From positions 6,294,698 to 6,358,697 of the forward strand of contig CM119271.1 of assembly GCA_051294375.1 (NCBI GenBank): DNA of 64,000 nucleotides, in the 5' to 3' direction. Positions 53,301 to 64,000 of this stretch are shown here, piece by piece; position 1 is the first letter of the stretch; every line of letters begins with the position of its first letter. The stretch is from Paraspadella gotoi (taxonomy: Eukaryota; Animalia; Chaetognatha). The translations under genes were made by a program, and so were the position numbers. The notes under the pieces were generated by a model that saw nothing but the letters and a program-made list of their open reading frames with translations, had not been told where the DNA came from and ran no database searches.

Positions 53301-55846
53301 CAACCACAAACATTCGTCATTTTAAAAATACAGAAAGAATTGTCAAAATCTTGGAGGCATATACGGAATCAATCACATAATTAGACATTTCCAACAATTT
53401 CGAAATAATATAGATTCTCGAATACAAATATACCTAAAGCTGTCATTAATGAGCAAATATCCATTACTTATAATAATAAATTTCACGCATACCCCCTCAA
53501 AAAAACAAAATAATCATTGCCATTTCATTTTTAAAAGGTTAAAATGCTTGCTCTACAAAACATTCATTACGGAAAGTAACACCAAATAAATTTCGCATTT
53601 ATTACGACCGTTAAAGGTCATGAATTAAAATCCAACTCTGTTAAAACGGAAAAAATTAACATTCGAAAAAACATTGACCTTATATTCAAAAACGGTTCCA
53701 ATAAGAACGTCAGATGAGCAACTTTCAGTCATTCTTAACTTTTAAAATGTGTACGAGCGATAATTAAGGAACAGTAATCCTCTGCTCCATAAAAATAATA
53801 GCATTTTTAGTTTTAGTTATTTCACAATTTGGTGGCAGCATATAAACAAACAATCAAGTTCCAAAAATATAACAATAACAATTTAAATACCAACATCTTC
53901 CGCAAGTTAAGAAGAACCAAAATCACTAAGAATGCTGCTCCCGTATAAGCTTATTCATGAGGAAAAGCCTCACACTGTAAATAGCTCATTAATACTGTAA
54001 AATAAGCAACGAAACAGTGAAAAAACGATCAGATTAACGATTCATAGTCATCAAGGGTCCTCGGTTTTATCTCATGTTTAAGCTAAAATGTTTTAGTGAC
54101 GGCTTGCCGTGAAAGCCCATGATTTAATAAGACACTTTTCCATCAATCTATAAAGACTCAAACAATTCATTTAATAAACAAGCCCGAACAGACTATATGA
54201 AAAATATATATGATAAAATTATAAAAAGAAAATATATGTTAACAAATAAAAATAGAGAAAAAAAAATGTATTAAAATATGAAAAAAAAATTGAAAAAAAA
54301 ATATTAAAAAAATTTGTAACGACCTGATTAAACAATTTTTTTAAAGTTGATTGTAAAATGACTGAGAAAGAATCATACAGAAAAGTAGAGAAACTCAACC
54401 TAGGAATGGTTTTAAACAAAAATTGATAAGGAGTTTATTGTTGGACCTCGTTAACAACCGGGTATATAGCTAATTTTATACCTATATTCCGTAATCAATA
54501 TTACGTACGTTAGATTTAAGATTTTAACAATTTTGTCTCAATTGATTAGAACGACGGAAAACGAAATTAAATACATCGAAAGAGCGATTTCATGGCGGCC
54601 TATTTTGATAAAAACATTTGTTATGAATGACTAAATCATGTCGTAGATGCTGAAAAGCGATTTGAATTAATTCTAAATACTTAGAATCACTAAAACGATA
54701 AAAAATAACTAAAAGAACTGAAATACAGAATAACGAAACGGGGGGAAGCACTGGAAATTGGAGCAAAACAACAACAGAAAATATGGCGTATTTTGGAATT
54801 CACCTACTGAAAGAATGATAATCTAACCTCGAAATTTCAGCAATGGAACAAAAACCATGGCAGGAGCAGCATTCAAAAACAAGCACATTATCAAGTCTAC
54901 TTATCTTCGTTAATAATGTATACTGAGTAAATCTAAAAATACTGATACATTTTGTTCGAGAGGCAAAGCCGAGCTTTATACCCCTTGGGCAAGCTTTCCC
55001 CACCGGGAGTACTTAACCTATTTCGACTATTTCGTCGTATTTCAACACGGAACCAAGGAATAAAAAATTAGCGAGGGGTGTCTCAAATTTGCTGCACAGA
55101 TCTCATTTTACAGAATTTAAAAGCTACGTATAATGCAAAATCGACTAAGAAATTATTCTATGTATTTAAAATATAAATATATATTCGCATAATTAAGATT
55201 AAGAATGTTAAAAATAAGATCAATCTGAAGACGAATCTACAACTACATTTCAAGCTATTTTGGGACCTTAAAACCGTTCTAATTGAACACCAGTATAATT
55301 ATAACACCATCTTTCATTTAATTTCAAATGTTAAAAAGTTTTCGCTATGCTTCAGGTATGAAGATTTGCTTCAGGAAATATTCTAAAAAGCATTGTAAAG
55401 CCAGTTTATTCTAATTATTTTGATTACTTCAAATAATAAAAATTCTTTTTATATAATTTCAACTGAAATGAAGCATTATAACAAGTGCTATAGTTGGTAT
55501 AAAAACAATTATCATATTAATCTCAATGATATTAATACAACAAAATAAATAAATAACAAGAATAACAATCCATCGAAAAGCTAATCTTAGCTTCTAAGAT
55601 GAAGCTTTCTATATAAAATGTATCACTGATTTTCTTATTTACCGCACTGAGAAAAAAATTTTCGAGATGGCTTGTTCAGAACTATTAAAGAAAGAGCTAT
55701 TTCAAAAGTCGCAGTATTGATGCTCTTTTCCGAATTTTATTTTTTTTTGCTTCCGTTTACACGTAACCTTTGAACAGAAAGAAGGGGAATTCGCTCGCTA
55801 CCCCCTTTACTCCGATTTCCTTAAATTGCTGCTGATTGTAGCGCTT

Positions 55847-57085
55847 TCACACTCCCGGAAAACCCTGGTTGTGAACGACATCAAGGTATAATTTTTATTT
55901 CAGTAGCCTATATAAAGTACAAAAACTGGAAAATTAAATCGAAAGATTTTGAAACCCTACCTGAATAGCCCCTACTTGGCTTGAGCAGTTGGATGAGACA
56001 TGGCAGTTGGCGCAGTCATATAACCCGCGGGTCCCCCCAAACCATTAGCGACAAGATAAGGATGAGCCTTTTAAAACAAATACATGCAAGTAAAAGAGAA
56101 AAGCGTTTAAAGGTTATTTTGAAATGACAACCGACGATGTTAAAGGTTGAACATAGTAGGAGTTGCGCCGCAGTGAACGCATTTCCAGATGATCACGTGA
56201 TTACACAAGTATAAATATTACAACCAACATTTATTCCTCCCTGCCAAGAACTATAAAAAATGAATAACCTTTAGTTAAACTATGATGAATTGAATTTTAG
56301 TTACGTGATCGAATTATCCAGTGATCACTGCACCAGTATGAAACCTATGCACATTAATCACACATACCTACAGTCACGGAATCAGACAATATTTCGTGTA
56401 ATATTAGGTGGTTTTTTTTATTATTTAACAGAAAAGTAATAAACTAAGATGCTTCTGGTGCATATGTAGGCATTAGGAATGTTTATCATCTGAAATTTTG
56501 AGCACAAAGTCACAGCGGCGCAACCGTTGAACTTGCCAGTTCAAAGCCTCGATACGATTTTGAATCACTTCATTTTTGCAGAGTGGAAACGAACTTACTT
56601 GAGCTTGCGTCAGGTGAGGCTGATGGCCGTTGAGCTGAGAAACGTGTAGGTTTTGTAAAGCTGCCGCATATGCTGCTGCTGCAGCGCCGTGAGGAAGCGC
56701 TAGGCCCGGAATTTGAGATCCTGCGGCTGCTGCAGAGGCGGCATGATGATGCCAAGGAAGGCCGCCCGACGGTACGCGCCGGCTGGCAAGTGTCTGAGCG
56801 CCGCCGTTGGCAAGTATTGAAGGCCGAAGGCGCTCAGTCCCGCGCCTTGCCGTCGCACCTGTCGGGAAATAATCTTTTTTGTAATGTATATGAAGGTGAT
56901 GTTTACTAAATAATACGAACTACTTACTAGTACTTAGTAATAAAGCAAGTTAAAAAATATTTTAACAAAAGACGGCACCTGGTGCAAAAGCTATCTGTCC
57001 ATTCCCGTCATATAGGCACCGCCGATTTGCGGAAGCTGAAGATGTTGAACTTGTTGTACTTGTCCGTTGGAGCGTAGTAGTAGAC
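55847..57085 (-). CDS. Same Gln/Ala-rich gene 3' exons, copy 2 (57085-56979, 56858-56599, 56067-55961, 55864-55847)
   Basis: Appears identical to 44950-46188 at offset +10897; likely an assembly duplicate. Confidence 0.6.
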
Positions 57086-57636
57086 CTTAAAGCGAATAAA
57101 AATTGAGAAATTTTGTAAGAAATTAAACCCCGGGTGGTCCAAACATAGCTAAGTGTAAAGTCAGAACGACTATCTATAACTAGATGCTGTGGCAACGGGG
57201 GGGACGTGTGTGATGCTGGCGCTCAGGGCTGTGAACCCCATGCTCTTATCTCGAGGTCAAGGGAGGTATATCTGTAGTCGGGCATTGCATTAGTTCACTC
57301 CGCCTATAAGCATGATACCTTCAGTCACGACCCGGTGGCTCAATGAGTAAATCCATCAGCTCATGACAATTAGTACCAGATTCAATCCCAACCCGCTATC
57401 TACCCTGTGGGAAGTTTGAGGACGGCCGTAAACCGTCTTGGGGGTGTGGAAAACCCTCAAGCCTGGTTTCAAGTCCAGGACCCGTTCCATGGCTGCTAGA
57501 GGGGTTAAAGAAGTGGCAGATAGCAATCTTCAGCCCACTTATCGACTTTCGTCTCTTTCTCTGTTTCGCGATCATTCGGAATTCTGCGCCGAAACGGGAC
57601 TTCTCCGGAATNNNNNNNNNNNNNNNNNNNNNNNNN

Positions 57637-57669
<33 letters not shown>

Positions 57670-60600
57670 TTCTAATTCTATTTCCGTTCCTCTCATCAAT
57701 TCTATTTTTAGTTTTAGTTTTTATTTTTTAAAGTAGTATCAGTTTCTGTAAAGCAATTTCCTTCTTCTGAACCTTCAGCGTTTTTTTTTAATTTTATTTT
57801 ATGGAAACTGAGAGAGTGATTTTCTCTCCTTCAGTCTCTATGTCTACTGTGATGGTTTTTCTTTTTTATGTAATAATAATTAAGTAACTTAAAGAGTTAA
57901 GTAAAGAGAAATCTATTTTTCGTTCGTCTAAGCAAGTCGTGATGTCCCAGCGAAGGCCGAGTCTCTAAGGATCCATCGTCTTTATTCCCCTCATAAACAA
58001 AAGTGCAATGAACTTTGGTGGCGGACGCCGGCCGAAACTAGGAAGACGCGTCTAACTCTAAGAGCGACTACTACGTACAACAAATCCTGGCGGGAAAATG
58101 CCTCCGCTGAATACCATTATACGTATTAGTAATTTTAAGAACATGTCAAAACAAAACAGCTTGTTTTTTCATACACCGCACTAGTAGCGTCTTTAAAACG
58201 CTTTCACTTAATTAGTCTCATTTCATTAGGTCCAAATATTTTTTTTCGTCAAAATGCTAATTTGGCCATCATATCATTGCATGTCGTTATCTTATTATCT
58301 TATTACACTTTGTTTTATTTATTAATTTTAGTATTAGTATTTTAGTATTACTGTTACTGTTCACTGTTTCACAATGTTCTGATTAATGTTTTTATTCCCT
58401 TCTGCTTAAAAGAATTTTCATTATCTCCACCATTCATATATATATATATCTCTCTCTCTCTCTCTCTCTTACCCGATCCCTCATTCTGATAGAAAGCCAA
58501 CAAAGAACTGCTGCTCACCTTTTTCGCCGATGGCGCTCGATTTTCCCTAATTTGTCGTAATCATTGTTTATGTCCTCCCCCGCAGTTCACCATTATTTTC
58601 GCAAAGCCATGTCTCAATGAGAATTTTTCTGTCAGTCAGTCAGTCAGTCAAATATGCTTATTTAAAGAAATATGTTTACATTTATCTCGATCAAACATTT
58701 TTAAAAGCTTTGATACTTCAAATCGCTTTTCCCGACATTAATTACAACTATATGGCCCTTATCTATTTTTTATTTTCCTTCATGATGTCCTCCAAATTGA
58801 TTTTGATAAGCTCGTTAAGAGTTGGTATTATTCGGTATTATTTAATTTTAATCACCCTTTCCCGATGCATAAGCAAAAAGCCAAGGTCCATGGCCCGTAG
58901 TAGATCACGAACAACCGACTAATTTTATTCCGTCACTCCGCAATCGCGCAATAAACAGAATCGGGCGTATCAAAAGAACGCGGTTCGTCTCAAGATCAAC
59001 AGAACGAGAAGCATTGAAGGCGAGTCGCCCAATAACCGGTGGTGAGGGGGGGGTGGGTTAGTCAATCGGCGAATCCAGCGGAATAAGGATTCTGTTTCCA
59101 GCTTTTATGAGCAATAACGCCGGGAACCAGGTGTCCACGCTCGCTCGGTCGCCGGTCGTGGCCGGCGTCACGGCCCTGGAATCGAAGGGAATCGAGGGGA
59201 GTCGAAGCGGTGGTGGCTTTAGAGAGGAAAGATGGTGGATAAGGGGAGGCTCTACAGAGTAGTCATTTACCCTAAAGAATTATTACATACAATTGGTACA
59301 TCAGAGTAGTCATTTACCTTATATAATTAGTGAATAAAATGGGTACAAATGGTACATCAACGCAACCAAGATCGAGCCTTCTTTCTTCCCACCACTAGAC
59401 TAGTAAGAGGGACGGAAGTTCTAATAATCCACCTGTGTCCTGTAATGTCGGCTCCCTTGTTCTGAATCGAGCGATTAACGGGTGATAGTTTTGTCCGGCC
59501 CATATGACTCTCTTGCCGCTTAACTTGGGACAGGCTCTTTGTGGGTAGGAATTTCATCACACTTCTAAGATTATAACATAAAAAAAACCAGCAACCTTTA
59601 AATCAAAACCCTTACATACATAATATTTTTAGAATACTCGCGGAGCAACTCTATAAGTCACTTTTCGGTTAGTCGGTCGGTTGCTCATTTTTTAAAACAG
59701 AAAAAAAACCTTAAATCTTAAGGAATGCTTGCGCCGCCTTTCCGGAATTCCTAAAACTAACAGGAATAAAAAACGGAATTTTGATGCAGTGCATGACATA
59801 AATAAAATGGCGAAGATCATGTGATCAATGAAAAATATATGTGAAAATAAAATTACTGCGGCGCAACACATTAGAATTACCGTTCTTTTTTAATTTAGCC
59901 CTTTATCATTAGAATTCCTTGCCAATGAACTAGGTATAACTATAATTAAAAATAAATATATTTAAATGGTTTTTTAAAAGCCGCCAAAACCGCAATCGGC
60001 GAAAGTAAAATTTAGCCCTATTTTTTTTACTTCGTTTAGGCTTTCGTCTCGAGAAAAAGTTTTATTGAAGCTGCAACGCGTTCCCCTTGGTCTTGGTTGT
60101 CAACAGTTGCCAGGAGTCGGCTCGTGAGGGTCCGAGGCAACTAACGCCTTTTGTTACATATGACCTGCACCATAGTATTTTATATGAACACCGTCGTTAT
60201 TAACGAATCAAAAAAGGTCGGAATTATCAATAACGAGAGCACATAACTATTTGTAAAAACTTGTACGTACAGTCGTTCACCAACACGAAATTTCGACCAA
60301 ACACGTACACAGTCGAAGTCCAGGAGAGGCACAGCTCAAATCATTTTAACTTTTAGAGAAATTGCTTTTTTTTATTCGTTTCCTCCTGATACTAAAAATT
60401 AGAAAAGAATCAGTACTGCCTCCCTGCGATGCGAAAGCTAAGAAAAGAGCATCATGTGGTCGGTCGGCCGATGAGGATTTTCCCTCTGGTCAGTTTTTTT
60501 CATCCTTTCAAATACTGGTATTCACATACCTCTTTTTACAAATTTAAATAGAAGCTACATATGCCATGTAACAAAAAAATTCTAAATTTAAATAAAAGTA

Positions 60601-63209
60601 GCATGTTGTATTTACATCATAGCATTTACTAGACAATACAGTATTATACAACCACAAACATTCGTCATTTTAAAAAATACAGAAAGAATTGTCAAAAATC
60701 TTGGAGGCATATACGGAATCAATCACATAATTAGACATTTCCAACAATTTCGAAATAATATAGATTCTCGAATACAAATATACCTAAAGCTGTCATTAAT
60801 GAGCAAATATCCATTACTTATAATAATAAATTTCACGCATACCCCCTCAAAAAACAAAATAATCATTGCCATTTCATTTTTAAAAGGTTAAAATGCTTGC
60901 TCTACAAAACATTCATTACGGAAAGTAACAACCAAATAAATTTCGCAATTTATTACGACCGTTAAAGGTCCATGAATTAAAATCCACTCTGTTAAAACGG
61001 AAAAAATTAACATTCGAAAAAACATTGACCTTATATTCAAAAAACGGTTCCAATAAGAACGTCAGATGAGCAACTTTCAGTCATTCTTAACTTTTAAAAT
61101 GTGTACGAGCGATAATTAAGGAACAGTAATCCTCTGCTCCATAAAAATAATAGCATTTTAGTTTTAGTTATTTCACAATTTGGTGGCAGCATATAAACAA
61201 ACAATCAAGTTCCAAAAATATAACAATAACAATTTAAATACAACATCTTCCGCAAGTTAAGAAGAACCAAAATCACTAAGAATGCTGCTCCCGGTATAAG
61301 CTTATTCATGAGGAAAAGCCTCACACTGTAAATAGCTCATTAATACTGTAAAATAAGCAACGAAACAGTGAAAAAACGATCAGATTAACGATTCATAGTC
61401 ATCAAGGGTCCTCGGTTTTATCTCATGTTTAAGCTAAAATGTTTTTAGTGACGGCTTGCCGTGAAAGCCCATGATTTAATAAGACACTTTTCCATCAATC
61501 TATAAAGACGTCAAACAATTCATTTAATAAACAAGCCCGAACAGACTATATGAAAAATAATATATGATAAAATTATAAAAGAAAATATATGTTAACAAAT
61601 AAAAATAGAGAAAAAAAAATGTATTAAAATATGAAAAAAAATTTGAAAAAAAAATATTAAAAAAATTTGTAACGACCTGATTAAACAATTTTTTTAAAGT
61701 TGATTGTAAAATGACTGAGAAAGAATCATACAGAAAAGTAGAGAAACTCAACCTAGGAATGGTTTTAAACAAAAATTGATAAGGAGTTTATTGTTGGACC
61801 TCGTTAACAACCGGGTATATAGCTAATTTTATACCTATATTCCGTAATCAATATTACGTACGTTAGATTTAAGATTTTAACAATTTTGTCTCAATTGATT
61901 AGAACGACGGAAAACGAAATTAAATACATCGAAAGAGCGATTTCATGGCGGCCTATTTTGATAAAAACATTTGTTATGAATGACTAAATCAATGTCGTAG
62001 ATGCTGAAAAGCGATTTGAATTAATTCTAAATACTTAGAATCACTAAAACGATAAAAAATAACTAAAAGAACTGAAATACAGAATAACGAAAACGGGGGG
62101 AAGCACTGGAAATTGGAGCAAAACAACAACAGAAAATATGGCGTATTTTGGAATTCACCTACTGAAAGAATGATAATCTAACCTCGAAATTTCAGCAATG
62201 GGAACAAAAACCATGGCAGGAGCAGCATTCAAAAACAAGCACATTATCAAGTCTACTTATCTTCGTTAATAATGTATACTGAGTAAATCTAAAAATACTG
62301 ATACATTTTGTTCGAGAGGCAAAGCCGAGCTTTATACCCCTTGGGCAAGCTTTCCCCCACCGGGAGTACTTAACCTATTTCGACTATTTCGTCGTATTTC
62401 AACACGGAACCAAGGAATAAAAAATTAGCGAGGGGTGTCTCAAATTTGCTGCACAGATCTCATTTTACAGAATTTAAAAGCTACGTATAATGCAAAATCG
62501 ACTAAGAAATTATTCTATGTATTTAAAATATAAATATATATTCGCATAATTAAGATTAAGAATGTTAAAAAATAAGATCAATCTGAAGACGAATCTACCA
62601 ACTACATTTCAAGCTATTTTGGGACCTTAAAACCGTTCTAATTGAACACCAGTATAATTATAACACCATCTTTCATTTAATTTCAAATGTTAAAAAGTTT
62701 TCGCTATGCTTCAGGTATGAAGATTTGCTTCAGGAAATATTCCTAAAAAGCATTGTAAAGCCAGTTTATTCTAATTATTTTGATTACTTCAAATAATAAA
62801 AATTCTTTTATATAATTTCAACTGAAATGAAGCATTATAACAAGTGCTATAGTTGGTATAAAAACAATTATCATATTAATCTCAATGATATTAATACAAC
62901 AAAATAAATAAATAACAAGAATAACAATCCATCGAAAAGCTAATCTTAGCTTCTAAGATGAAGCTTTCTATATAAAATGTATCACTGATTTTCTTATTTA
63001 CCGCACTGAGAAAAAAATTTTCGAGATGGCTTGTTCAGAAACTATTAAAGAAAGAGCTATTTCAAAAGTCGCAGTATTGATGCTCTTTTTCCGAATTTTA
63101 TTTTTTTTTGCTTCCGTTTACACGTAACCTTTGAACAGAAAGAAGGGGAATTCGCTCGCTACCCCCTTTACTCACGATTTCCTTAAATTTGCTGCTGATT
63201 GTAGCGCTT

Positions 63210-64000
63210 TCACACTCCCGGAAAACCCTGGTTGTGAACGACATCAAGGTATAATTTTTATTTCAGTAGCCTATATAAAGTACAAAAACTGGAAAATTAA
63301 ATCGAAAGATTTTGAAACCCTACCTGAATAGCCCCTACTTGGGCTTGAGCAGTTGGATGAGACATGGCAGTTGGCGCAGTCATATAACCCGCGGGTCCCC
63401 CCAAACCATTAGCGACAAGATAAGGATGAGCCTTTAAAACAAATACATGCAAGTAAAAGTAGAAAAGCGTTTAAAGGTTATTTTGAAATGACACCCGACG
63501 ATGTTAAAGGTTGAACATAGTAGGAGTTGCGCCGCAGTGAACGCATTTCCAGATGATCACGTGATTACACAAGTATAAAATATTTACAACCAACATTTAT
63601 TTCCTCCCTGCCAAGAACTATAAAAATGAATAACCTTTAGTTAAACTATGATGAATTGAATTTTTAGTTACGTGATCGAATTATCCAGTGATCACTGCAC
63701 CAGTATGAAACCTATGCACATTAATCACACATACCTACAGTCACGGAATCAGACAATATTTCGTGTAATATTAGGTGGTTTTTTTTATTATTTAACAGAA
63801 AAGTAATAAACTAAGATGCTTCTGGTGCATATGTAGGCATTAGGAATGTTTATCATCTGAAATTTTGAGCACAAAGTCACAGCGGCGCAACCGTTGAACT
63901 TGCCAGTTCAAAGCCTCGATACGATTTTGAATCACTTCATTTTTGCAGAGTGGAAACGAACTTACTTGAGCTTGCGTCAGGTGAGGCTGATGGCCGTTGA
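63210..64000 (-). CDS. Same gene, copy 3 (exons >64000-63966, 63431-63324, 63227-63210)
   Basis: Exon 63431-63324 is 108 nt and fully open (AHPYLVANGLGGPAGYMTAPTAMSHPTAQAQVGAIQ), splicing in phase 0 to GFPGV*. Confidence 0.7.

Larger units (their letters stand above)
36469..64000 (+). repeat. Large direct duplication/triplication: copy 1 36469-46714, copy 2 46740-57611, partial copy 3 57637-64000 (equivalent to ~39400-45736)
   Basis: Identical track ORFs at constant offset 10897 (e.g. 45673/56570, 41840/52737); junctions are 25-N gaps at 46715-46739 and 57612-57636. Confidence 0.95.

Noticed and set aside
36469-64000. Real tandem gene amplification
   Set aside because: 25-N junctions, shared errors and a gene truncated in each copy favour an assembly or haplotype artefact.

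Overview
AT-rich, microsatellite-laden eukaryotic (probably invertebrate animal) draft-assembly window with many N gaps. There are no prokaryotic operons, CRISPR arrays or rRNA genes, and nearly all track ORFs are (GA)n/(GAC)n or N-gap artefacts. Reading for splice structure gives: (1) a compact, apparently complete 3-4-exon plus-strand gene at 34131-34847 for a ~93-aa secreted protein made of one 10-Cys CCN-type von Willebrand factor C domain, which the ORF track misses; (2) the 3' exons of a minus-strand gene for a Gln/Ala/Gly-rich protein ending ...GAIQGFPGV* (44950-46188 and copies); (3) a plus-strand exon at 39691-39887 resembling the end of a Reeler domain; (4) mobile elements: a 559-bp Tc1/mariner derivative with TIRs, TA TSD and a transposase C-terminal remnant, Helentron/HINE-like elements, a tRNA-headed SINE-like repeat and two MITE-like families. 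About 40% of the window is duplicated (10.9-kb direct, 3-kb direct, two inverted), and every junction coincides with a gap of exactly 25 N, so these duplications are probably gap-filling or haplotype artefacts.
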